This document shows, piece by piece, positions 14,401-26,400 of a stretch of DNA of 64,000 nt. The translations under genes and the position numbers were made by a program. Within the stretch, counting starts at the first letter, position 1, and each line of letters starts with the position of its first letter. The notes beneath the pieces were generated by a model. That model ran no database searches and was not told the DNA's origin. It saw only the letters and a list, made by a program, of their open reading frames with translations. Source of the stretch: Phoronis australis (Eukaryota > Animalia > Phoronida); contig NMRA01000511.1 of NCBI GenBank assembly GCA_002633005.1, forward strand, positions 216,084 through 280,083, read 5' to 3'.

Positions 14401-17400
14401 ATGCGCAAGGCTAGAATGGGTAGTAGCCTCAGTGGCGGATTTAGGGGGTTGCCAAGGGGGCCATGCCCTCCCCTAAAGTTCAACAGGTCCAAAAACTCGA
14501 GAGTGCTGCATCCCCACGCTTTAGGCTGGGCGGGCGCGTTTGCCGAAATTTTGGTTGATTCCTGTGCCCTTACCCCCTCTTACTCAAAATCCTGGATCCG
14601 CTCCTGAGCCTCAATAATGGTCATTCCGTGTTTGATGTCACTGTCTAAGGTCGTGGAAGTTGTAACCATGATTTCGAAGTTATAGAGCCTTCCAAGTCCG
14701 TGGGATTAGGGAATAAAGTTCGGTGTATTTCGCATCTTTACTGCAAGGGTTAATACTGTGAAAACAAAATCTCCGGAGTAAGTCTTAGAGCTCTTCGGTG
14801 CAACAACTCATTCACTATCCTATTATCATGGGCGCTTGATAGGAGACCCGTGAGGAATTTTAAAAACGCAAAAAGATGCAGTTCGGCGTAACACAAACAA
14901 AAAACAAGTGTGGACGAAGACTGTAAAAAATAGCTGCGTTTACAAAATGACTACTATTGACCGGGAAGCAGCCAGTCTTATGCAACGCGTTAATGTCACG
15001 AGCCAGAAGATCAAATGTAAAGAAAACTTTAACGTTTTGTTATCCAAAACTTGTTACATTGTCCATAATCCAATGTTCAATATTACCACTTGCCTCCAAC
15101 CTTCGAATTAGTGGTCGGTGAACACAACCGATGTGAACTCATGTAATGGAAACAGTAAAACTAAGTTAATTCATTTGACCCTGTGCCGAGACGAATATCG
15201 GCATCTGCAAGCAAAGCGGTATCAGCCTGACAACCTATTACGCAACTGCTACTCTAGCCTAAAAATAGCAGCCGACTAGCGGGTCGGCTGATGGTCGGTC
15301 GGCATATTAAGGTCGGCTGTAGAGTCGGCTGGTGGGTCGGCTTATGAGTCGGTACTGCGGCCGGCTGCCGGTCGGCTAAAAATTAGCCGACCGGTCGGCT
15401 AATTTGCCGACCGTTCGACGGCCGGTCGTCGACTCCTAGCCGACCGGTCGGACAAAAATTCGTGATGTATTCTGTAACATACTATTGTGTGTCGGTTGCA
15501 TGACTAGCAGTGTTTCTGTCCTTCGGCGAATGTGGAAGAGTTCCACCTTTTGTGAAATACTTTTTGAGGTGTATCCAATACTGGCTTGAATTATTAAGAC
15601 TCTCAATGTCTGCCGAAAGGCATACTTACATGTAGCCTGCCATTATCAATATGTAGGAACAGTCCTTTTGATAACTCTTGAGCAGACTTCCAAAGACTGT
15701 TATTTACAGGAGTGGGATAATATTAAACCGAACAGTCTTTTAAGACGGTTCGGTGTAAAAACTCGGAATTTATAATTTAATCACAACAGATTTTGGATTT
15801 GAATTATTCCTAGCTTTGCATATACAATTTAGTTTTATTTGCTCTATGGAAAGATTGTGTTGCTCAAATCTTGAAGCAGAAAGCCACCCGATTTAATTAG
15901 TCTTTTTGCCATCTAAATCGGTCTATATCCACATCGCCTCTTATACGGTTGACCTCATCTTGCCGAGAGATGTCGCGTTCACCTGTGGGGAAGATGAGAA
16001 ACTACGCATCGACGTCAGTGGTTCGTCTGCAGAGTGAATGCCGCTATATTGCGGGCATCGTTCCCGCCTGTCCGAAATATGAAGCTGCGAACAAAGCGGG
16101 TATATCGTTCTTTCGACTTCCTCCAGAGGCCAAAATGCTTAGGAAGTGGCTCGCGGTAGTGAAGAATGAAAGGTACGCTGTTAATAGCAAGTATGAGGCC
16201 GTGAAACATCTCCGTGTCTGTGGCCGGCATTTCGTCGACTGTCCATACGTTCAGTTGCCTGTGCATGTTCACGGCGCCTCTCTAGTATTTCTTGATCAGT
16301 GTATTCCCGTTGAAACGGATAACCTGAGAAACTTTACGATCAGACCCACGACGTATTCGTCGGATGAGCTCTTGACTAAATCGGGATTGGCGCCGGGCGA
16401 GTTACCATGTGCATGTAGACGTTTATTATTATGCGTTCTGTTTCAAAATGAATTGTTCTCATCATAACCACTGAAACAATGTCTGTTGTCATTTGAAACA
16501 ATTTATAATGCCTTTGCAGTATTCGTGAGTGCAAATATTGAGGAGCCAGCAATGAATAAACCACTGCGTTACCGGCTCTTGATGCCGGCAACAAAGGTAA
16601 ATTGACCGGGCACCGATGCCGTGTGAGCGCATGCTAATTCAGTGTTTGCTGACAGAAAGCTGTTGTAAAAAATTACTCGATTTTATATGCTCTGATCACA
16701 TGTTAGGGGAATTATTATTCAGAAATATATATACATTATTCAAATCATCACCCGACTTCGTGGCCCCCGACAAGTAAGCAGATTTTCAGTTTCTTGGCTA
16801 ATTCACATAAATAATTACGCGCACATTTTTTCTTTGGCTCACTATTGTGTAGTCTTTTCGTGACCGGAGGTTTAGTTTCCAACTCAAGCTGGTTTACGTT
16901 CGCGCCAGTCCCAGCGCCCGCGACGGCCCTGATCGGGTTCTGGAGCCACTGTCCGGGATAACAAGCGTTTTTTGTGTTAAGAACTCAAAAAAACACAGGT
17001 ATGAACAACACAGATGTAGGTTCTCCTGTCTGTATTTTACGGAAGAATACTTCGAATTTATCTCCGAACAGACCCCAAAGTTCTGCTCCGGACCTTTGTA
17101 AATTGGCGTGCCGAACTTTGTAGGCTACGGTGTGTCCAAATACCAATAAATCCGAAACTCGTTTTTATAAGAACTCGGCTTATTTTTAAGGGTTTTGCAT
17201 GAAGTTTGATGACTTATTGGCGTTAATTGATGAATTCAAACGATAAACTGACACCAGTAACCCGTGTTGTGAACTGCTGAACAGACTGCGTGTAAAACCT
17301 AAGAACCGCGTCATTGGATAATTTCATCACTTCTGTCTGCCGCAACCTAACAAGCCGTTATCCAGTAGAACTACTCGATCTAAATTGATACAAAATAGGT

Positions 17401-20400
17401 TGTTTTTTGGGTGGCATTCTCCTTTAAGTTGAACATAGAGACAGGGGCGTCATCATGGCGTTGACCGTCATCTCATATATTGCCGGTTTTGTTCATGTAA
17501 CACCGTTGAGGATGAATATCATTTTGTCTGTGTTTGTAGCGCATATCACCATTTAAGAATATTACAAAGTTCCCTTGTGGGAGTGCAGTAATCCAAATAT
17601 GTTTAATTTTAACAATCTTTGAGCCCAAAATGACGTCAGTAGTTCAAGCAAGTGGCATGGTTAAATTAAGTTATTATCCGTCATCTGTATGAATTGTTCA
17701 GGATAAACGTCACTTGTGGTTGCTATACTTTTCCAGTGAATTACAGGTAGTTTGTGATAACCAAGAAATAGATTAATAAGCACAGGGACAATACGAAATC
17801 CCCTGACAATATCATGTACCTGACCATACAACTGACCATTGAAATGATAGTGACTTCGAATAGACTGGCATTGCTATTGACTTTGTGTTAATTTTATTGC
17901 ACATTTACGATTGAGAACGCAATTAAATATTGTGTTTGTACGTTCCGTGTTACAGTGGGATCTCGTATGTGGCAAAGAGTGGATAATTGCTTCCATCGGC
18001 GCTGCTTTAGGAATAGGGAAGTTGGTCTGTTCTTTTGTCGTGGGAATGTTGAGTGACAGGTAAACATTTTTTTAGGTGTGTCGAATTTTAGTTCTAATTC
18101 CTTAACAAATCATTTTATAAATCCTTTTAATGAAGTATGAACATTGAATCGATTTGGATGCTGGAATGCTTGTTGACTATGCGTCGCCCCCCCGTTCAAG
18201 AAAACACGATTGTTATTGTCGAAATGACGGCCCCTTTAGTTTAGAGGAGATTAGCAGCACTGAATGGATATTAGCCAATGAAATCATAGAATTCATTCAT
18301 AACTGCAATGACTTACCCGAAAAACCTCCCTCCATTTCGGGTCGGTGTAAATTCCTGAGAAAACCACAAACCTTTGTTTGGTTGACAACATGCGATTTTA
18401 CACCTACACCCATAACCTGAGTTCCTTGGCGTAATTACCATGTTTATTGCCCCTACAGCCCGAATACGTAATAATCTATTGAAATCACTGATAAAAGCGT
18501 GTCAAGTTTATAGTCCCTGTAACCCCTGAGATTCTATCACAAACATTTCACGTTATGTGGGTTAGGTTGTGCTCAATTTGTTATATCCAACACTTTTAAT
18601 GGTTTCTTCACTGCTCTTGCCAGCAAAAACTGGGCATTGGTCACCATTTCTAGTACTTTTGGTTGAGTGCGTTTCGGTGGTCTCCGAAAGGTATGAAATT
18701 GCTCAAACTGTGTGTTTTTAGGTTTTAAGTAATAAAAGGTACTGATTGAAGAGGTGTTCCATCACTGATGCTGTCAATAGTCGTTTGCCTTTCACAAGCA
18801 TGATTTGTGCAATCAAAATGACGGCGTAGATGGTTTTATCAACGCAACAGAAGAATGCTTCACATAAAAAGATCATTGTTTTTCAGATTTGGCCGGAAAA
18901 GAACGATGGTTATCTTCCTGATGATGCAATGTTTTTTCGGCATACTTAGTGCTGTGTCTGTCAATCCCACTATGTATATTGTTTCTTATGCATTTCTTGG
19001 TGGCTCTGCATCGGGCAACTACGCAGCAGCTTTCGTTCTGGGTGAGTGGTTGACCGTATCTTTATTTTTAAAGCTGGTTAACGACCTCAGTCAGAACTTA
19101 AATAGCAAGTATCGTGTCATGCATAGATGAACACTCACATGATTTAACTTGCGTGTTGTGTTCGGTATACACTGGCAATAATTTACAAAATTTTTGCAAT
19201 GACTATTTCTAGTTGCAACATCACGTTTTAGATATCTTGCTTAGTATGGAAGTTCTTGAATTAATATGTCAGGAATTCGTTAAGTTAAATTCAACGACAC
19301 CCTGGCACTGCATGCACGGCAGACGCAAGCTGCGAAACTTATTAAAGCTTCTTAGGTCAATTGAGCCATGCCCAGATTTTCTTTTAAAATGATCCCTGCT
19401 ACTAAACTGGACAAGGTTGAAATATGAGAATGACTCAAAGCAAAAGAGCACCATTGAATATTTATTTCTTGTCGTTTAGAATCTGTTTCAGTGATAGCTA
19501 AATCTCGAAAAAAACACACATTTGGAAAAATCGAGGCAACTTGCCTCACAATTCCAAAAGCTATGAGCAATAAGCTGTTTGGAGCATAAAAATCGCATTG
19601 AAGTCTCAGTAAATGTTGATAAAAATGATGTGACAAAGGTTAGACAAAATCAGCAAATAATTCTGTCAATACGCTTTTGATGGAATCTCGTGGAACTGTC
19701 GACGTCTGTTTTGCTTCCTTTTAAAACTACAGCGCAGGTTTACAATTGCACGAGAGTCGACACAAGGCGATGACTTCTGACAACGCATGGTACAGTTCGC
19801 GAATATTCTAGCTATCTGGCGACATCTAGCGGACAGTTGGGAGTGTCAGGACCATGAAGTGCGACCTTCACTTACAGCACTAAACCAAGATCAACGCGAG
19901 AAATACAACCAGCCAAGACTATACACCAGAATGCGATAAGATGATGGAAGAATAAGCTGACCAAATCGTTCCGCTATTTTCAAAGTTGTGCCAACCCTAA
20001 CTCAGCCAGGGCTGCGTCCTTGATGACTGAGGAAATGATCTCACACTTCTGTCACTAAATGTTATAAGGTGTCGCATCAGGACTCGTTTGTAAAAGCGCG
20101 ACAAGTTTGATATCTCAGGCAATGTTCGCTGATGAATACATAACCCTCGTCAATAAAATTTCCTCCCACAAGGCAAAGAATGTCTGCTTATTTGGTTTGG
20201 CAAGACAAAGATGCAGCACATTTCCTTTATATAGAAATTGTGACCTTTGACAAAAAGCATGCGCACATTTGTCGTAGGTCAGTGGGAAGGCGTTACAAAC
20301 TCTGTAGTTTTTCCTTCTCGCGTATTTCAAAAATCGTAAATGTTTCCTTACTGGAAAAAGTGAATTACACTGCACTAGGCAATGTGGAGAGGTGCTTTCT

Positions 20401-23400
20401 TCAGGAATTGTTTTAACGTTATTTTGACGAGTTTTCGCGTTCCATGCCTCTTTAACACCAAAGTATGTGACTCATTTATTTAATGGAGTGCGCAGGGCTC
20501 CATCGTGGGCCTTGTATCAGCCTAGTGTTGGCTGATGACTATGTAAACTAAGGGATAATTACAAGCTTTTCTGACGATAATTGGTCACAATATCTCATCA
20601 TCAATGTCACAGAAAACAAAAAGGCCTCACAAATAGACATAGAAATCCTTCACCTGTAAACAACGAATTGTATTTCATTCTTACAAATGGCCAGGCTTTA
20701 TACTGCACCGAAGGTAATACATTGGCTATGGAGACATGCACGTCGAGTATCCACAGGATAAGAAAGGTTCCAGAAACATAGCGATACGACTGTCTTCGAA
20801 ATTTGGAAAAGTATTTTCTAATGTATCTGGAATAACTTGGCTGGGAGTGCCTGGAAGAGACAAGACAATTGGCTAATTATGTACAAAACCTCCAATTTTG
20901 ACAATGTCTGCACTGACACTTGCAGACTGTTATTACCCATCAGGGCAAAGTACATGTAGTCCCTCCCGGCGTAGCTTTCATCACCAACACCAAGAACGTG
21001 AAACACTTACCACTTGTGGTGCAGTGATAGCTTATCACTCGTTTCACTGAAGTGTATTTTTACCTGCAAATCATAGCCATGTTCCACCAATCACTTCAAA
21101 TAATCATCACTGTCGTTGTGTGCAGGTCGGTATAAGAGGCACCTGTAAATTAAGCGGTTCAATAACGCAAGATGAGGAAGAATTTGACGAAGAAGGTGTC
21201 GATGACAATGATGAAATAATGGCATTATGTAATTTTAATTGGGGGAATGTCACTGATTATTAATGGCCACCGATAACTGCCGTTCACTACGTCAAAAAAA
21301 TCTGAGTGACATACTTCAAATCTTGTTGTAAATGTTTATTGGTTGAGCATATGTCAGCGAATCATTACAGCCTTCATAGTCTGGCAGTTCGATAAAATTC
21401 TTTGTTTCCCTTGTGCATGACCTCTGACCTCTGATGTAGCAAAATTCTTGCACCCAAAGATTAATGCATTCAAGCATTTCCGGCAGACCCATAGGTGGCG
21501 GTCGGTTGAAATGTGTTATGCACAATATTACTGTTTCTACAAAAATGACGGGATGTGAAATGTTAGTCTAACTCTCCAAGTTTTTAATGAAAAAGAAAAA
21601 AATATTCGAAAATCACCGACTAAAAGTTTTATTGGCCACAAAGTCCTGAAAATTGTTTTTGCATTTCGCGTTGTGGTTACTGTATGGCATATTGTATGTC
21701 CGGAGTTTAAAGATTGATGTGCTAGTTTACAACAGTTTTGCTACCGTTGCAGGCCTGGAACTTGTTGGAGTGAAATACAGGGGAGTGGCAGGTCTCGGAA
21801 TTTACCTTGTCTGGAGCGTCGGATATCTATTAGTGGGATTGGTAGCCTATTTCGTCAGGAACTGGGTGACTTTGCAATTGTCGCTCCACCTACCGATTAT
21901 AGCTTTCGTCGCTCTTTATGCATGGTTTGTACATGCTATCTGTGTTCTGCAAACGTCTTCAAAATTTAATTCTAAGTTAGTTTTTACTGTGGACCACGAA
22001 AATTGTTGCAATGAGTTTTATTCGAGTGGAAGCAACCCCTTTATCTACTGAGAGTCGGAGATTTGAACTTATGAAGGATAGGGGATGGTAATACGACTAA
22101 AGCACAGTGCATATTTACCGCAAACATTTTAAGTTTGGTCTGAACGCCATCTCTTGGTCATATTATATTTACTTTTTGATAATTGGTTAATACACGATGT
22201 ACACCATACCAGAGAATGGCGGGAAAATGCACTGTTAAAATGTATAACTGAGAATTAAGGTTTGTTTACATTAAAATGATCTGATATCAGGTTGACGCCT
22301 GAGTCTCCAAGATGGCTGCTTCAGCGTCACCGTGTAGGTGACGCCATCGTCATATTGAAAAGAATTGCCCGGATGAACGGTGTTGGATGGAACGCAGAGA
22401 TGGACCAAATGGTGGTCACGTGCAAGCAAGAAGAGAAGAAAGTTGTGAGTAACATATGTTTTACTCTCTTCAATTCTCCGTACGAATGAATGAATTCACT
22501 CGAGTCATTTGATAGATTTTAAATACGATGGCCTTGAGTCTAATTTTTGTAGCTCGAATTCCAACTTATGCTCTTGACAGCACTTAAGTTAGCTCATGTG
22601 CACAAATTTATGCATGGCCTCGCATTGAGGGTAGAGTTCAATAAGTCTTGCGCGGATAGAAAAATGTAGCCAAAGTCACTGCTCTCATTCAAAATACACT
22701 AAGTTATCTCCTGGAATCTCTCAAGATCTCGTTTCTCTTGTGAGTAGCCAACATTAGTGAGCGCTACACAGGTTCAAACATGAAGTTTTAACTTAAAGGT
22801 ATGGTCATCATTAGCAAACTTAATTTACATTCAATGTTACATGTACAGTTGGCGCAGAGCGACATAATTCAAGTTTACGTCTGGCTTAAATCAAATTTAT
22901 GTCCGATTTAAATCGAGTTAAGTTCACACATAATTCCGTTTGATGTCGGACTTAATTCAAAATGACATGTACAGTGTATGTCATAAGTCGAAATTATGTC
23001 TTACTGCACCAATCTTATCCGTAGTTGAAATGCTTCGCGATTTCTGGGATTGTCTCTTTTTTCTTTGCATGTTCTGTGTATTCTTTAATAAATATATAAC
23101 GCTTTAAGTTGAAATGTACCGTATACTCGAGTTCAAAATCAAATTAATTGCTTTCAGAGCAATACCAAACTACTAATTTCTCTTTTGAAATCAAGAACCA
23201 CGGTGCTCTACACTATTGCCAATACCATGCTCTGGTAAGTATGCGCACCGATAGTTTATAATATTTTCACGTGCCAAACTTGGTATTGCCTTTCCAAATT
23301 GCACTTTGAATTTATTTGCATAAAAACAATGATTCATCTTTTTGGATAGTTCCATGTGTAAGAAATGGTCAATTTTCAAAACAACTCTGATGTGTTATTT

Positions 23401-26400
23401 GAGAGAAACGCTTGAAGCGTACTGTAGTGTTTGAGATTTTCATATCAATCCTATTTCTGAGATATAGCTGTTTCAAAGTTTGTCAAATTTAGACTAAACA
23501 TGAACTTACAGTTTTGGTGCAGAGTTCTACATTTGCAAGACGTGTTGACCTAATAAGTGCTACTCAGCGGCGTCTTTAATAAGCGGACTCGCTAGATGGC
23601 AAAGTGGACGTTGTGGACCTGAAATATCTAGCGCCATCTGAAGACCATCAGTGACTTGGTTTCGGGAATTGTGATTTCCCAGCGTTTTCATATTTTTTAA
23701 ACGTCAAGTCGCCAGCTTGGATCGTTGGCCAGTGGGATGTTCAAATGTATCACGTACTACGCAAAATGTTCGTGAATGTAAAAATCATTTCTAAAATGTC
23801 GTGGTCTATTTATCTCTATATGTACCTTCAGCCTATTTGAAATGACCCGTGTATCTTTTTAATTTACATCTCATTTGAAATAGAAGAAAACAACATCGGT
23901 TTTAAAACTTGACATGTTTCGGTGTCATTTATTCAACCCCATCCTCAGAAGAGATAGTACAGACCAGGCAGTAACAACAACGCAGGCTTAAAATTCGTGA
24001 GGCTTTACACATCAATTGGTGCAATCCCAGTCTCAACAGGCAACTGACACACCACAGGTTGTCATTGTTGGTCTAGTTCATTGCCACTCCCTGTAACTGA
24101 CTGTATCTGTGCTTCATTAATTGTTGCTGGGCCTAGCTAGGTGGCCACTGTATTATCACTTCTGAGGATGGTGTTGAATAAATGACACCGAAACATGTCA
24201 AGTCTTAAAACCGTTGTTGTTTTCTTCAATATATGCTGCTACTTGCTATCATGGAGATCATTTGAAATTCCAGGTTCTGCGCCAACCTGTTATTTTACGG
24301 CCTGTCTTATAATACTTCCAACTTGGTTGGGAATTTGTACGCCAACTTCGCCATATCCGGAGCAGTAGAGATTCCAGCATTACTGTGCACATACGCGCTG
24401 TTGAAGAGTCGACTGGGCAGACGTGGGACTACTTTCCTTGCGTTGACGGCGTCAGCTGTGTCCCTGTTAGCCACTACGCCTATTCCTAAAGGTAAATGTC
24501 ATTGTAGTTGGGGTAGTAGTGGAGGTGGAGGTGGAGGTCGTGGTAGTGCATCCGGAAAACGGGTATTTTCGTAGACTCAACTCTCCTGTCAGCAATGAAC
24601 GGGAAATGTCGAATGATTTGTAGTAGGTCCGTGAAGTCGACGCAGGCACCGATAAAATTTACCGCCGAAGTTAAATTTGTGCCAGGGAGAATACCTGTGG
24701 TGTTCCGGAAGGGTGGTGGTGGTGGTGGCGTTGTCGTCGTCGTAGTAGTTGTTGTCGTTATCATCGTCTTCGCTAGATGGAGCTGCCGCATCGATGGAAA
24801 ATTGAGCGCAGGTGAAAAATAAGGATACATGTATTGGCACAGTGTTAAAATCTCTCAAAATCAGTGCCTGAGGCTTTGACATGGCTGAACATTCATGTTA
24901 AAAGCACTGCTTGTTTTCTGTTTTCTATCGATGTTAGGCAAATGACTTCCACGAAACGTCGCTTTTATTTGCCGGTGGCCTGAAACCAAGAACCCGTCGG
25001 CTCAAAGTCCGTTCACTGTTGTCATTTTTGTCTGACTCTGTATGTTCCAAAATCTTTTGAAGTAATTCAGACATGTTGCTAGTATGGAGAGAACTGCTTA
25101 ATCGGAGATGTGGTGTGTGATTCTCTAGCTTCCCTCCCTGTCTGCTGAACGTTTTAAAGGTTGGTGACGACAATTGGTGGGTGTTCTTTATTCCTATTGA
25201 ATAGAGGAATTCTTACGTGGGTTTTCCGATAAATTCATGCGTGAGCTGTTATGCCTTCTTGTAACTGTTTTAAAGTTTTTAAGTTCATCTCAACATTATC
25301 AAGGACGCGGCGGCGTTTTTCATTTTGATCGTGTACGTGGAATGGCTGCATGAAACAGTCAGACAGGGACTCCAACTAAATTCCCTAAATCTAATGCGTA
25401 TTTGTGGAAGCTTTGGGCACCACATAAAATGCCGGTTCAGATCAAAGAGACCACGCTGTTGTGGTTATTTAAATCGCCTCAGACTGCTGATGTTATAGTT
25501 CTCTAGTTAATGAGACCATCATAAACACATTAGGGGTGACAATAGTATTTTTAAATTTTCGCTTTGAATGCTTTTAAATAACATAAGTTTTTGAGTAGTT
25601 CGTGAAAAGCATAAGTGATTTGGTTTTGGAATTTTGAAAATTGAACAGAGATGTGACTTTTACAACCTAAAATGGATGTTTAATAACATGCTCCTCATTA
25701 ATTGTATGCAGCTTAATTGGGCCAATTACGAGACCAGAGGGCAGCAGTTGGATTTTCAGGTAACCCAAGTGTCATCATATAATTCTTGGCATGTAATTTA
25801 AGAATTAAATCCCTTTTTATTTTTCCTGATTTTGGGCTCAGTTTTTAGTTAATATATATTAGAAAATGTCATTAGTTAAAGAATATTACATTACGCCTGT
25901 GAGTAATAAAAAGACACAAATACGCAAAAAAAATTCGTCGTTAAGCCTCTATTTGGGACTGTTTCGTGCAACCGCGAATAGTCCCTCTAAAAATCCATAC
26001 TTATGAATCCAGCTATGGTTCAAGTTCCTTGATAAATCTTGATGACGATCGACAGGCATATTCTTATCAAAGAAAAATCGGCACCTTCCTCTTACTTGTA
26101 CGTCTTGTGCTCTTTCCCTTTGTGGTATTTTTATTGGTCGGGTTTTCTTTTTCATGACTGTATCTCTTCCTTAAACACCTGAAGTATCACCATGAATTTG
26201 CCAACTGGAATGCCTTGAGAGATAATGCCTGTCTTCAACTATCCGACAAATTCACAGCTTACGTCTGCCCAGTGGCGATTTTATTTTTCGTCTATCTGCA
26301 CATTTGCCAGGTTCCAATGGACCTTCAAGAAAAAGGGCAGAAATGTGCTCTCCTTGAATTGAGAGCTTTCTTAGGGACTTATGAAGTCACAATTTTACAC

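Larger units (their letters stand above)
7916..15474. mobile_element. 7.56-kb non-autonomous TIR DNA element flanked by TA
   Basis: Left TA|CAGCACACATCACGAATTTTTGTCCGACTGGTCGG; right CCGACCGGTCGGACAAAAATTCGTGATGTATTCTG|TA; GTCGG/CCGAC-rich subterminal regions; interrupts the LINE. Confidence 0.75.
7545..17680 (+). mobile_element. Degenerate non-LTR retrotransposon (RTE-X/L2-type ORF2) in three pieces: ~7545-7915, 15475-15874 and 17424-17680
   Basis: Relics across shifted frames: LFTHIL..FEDNQSG..TVDRIFTL; QANKALFIL..FEIFDKMVPPIVNYG; GECGRVPPFVKYFLRCIQYWLELL; KDCYLQEW; CSNL|KLNIETG..CRFCSCNTVEDEYHFVCVCSAYHHLR (C-terminal CCHC). Confidence 0.8.
23883..24227. mobile_element. Inverted-repeat element carrying hammerheads, probably a Penelope-like (pLTR) remnant
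   Basis: The ~80-bp arms 23883-23962 and 24148-24227 are near-perfect reverse complements, each with a hammerhead core. Confidence 0.7.
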
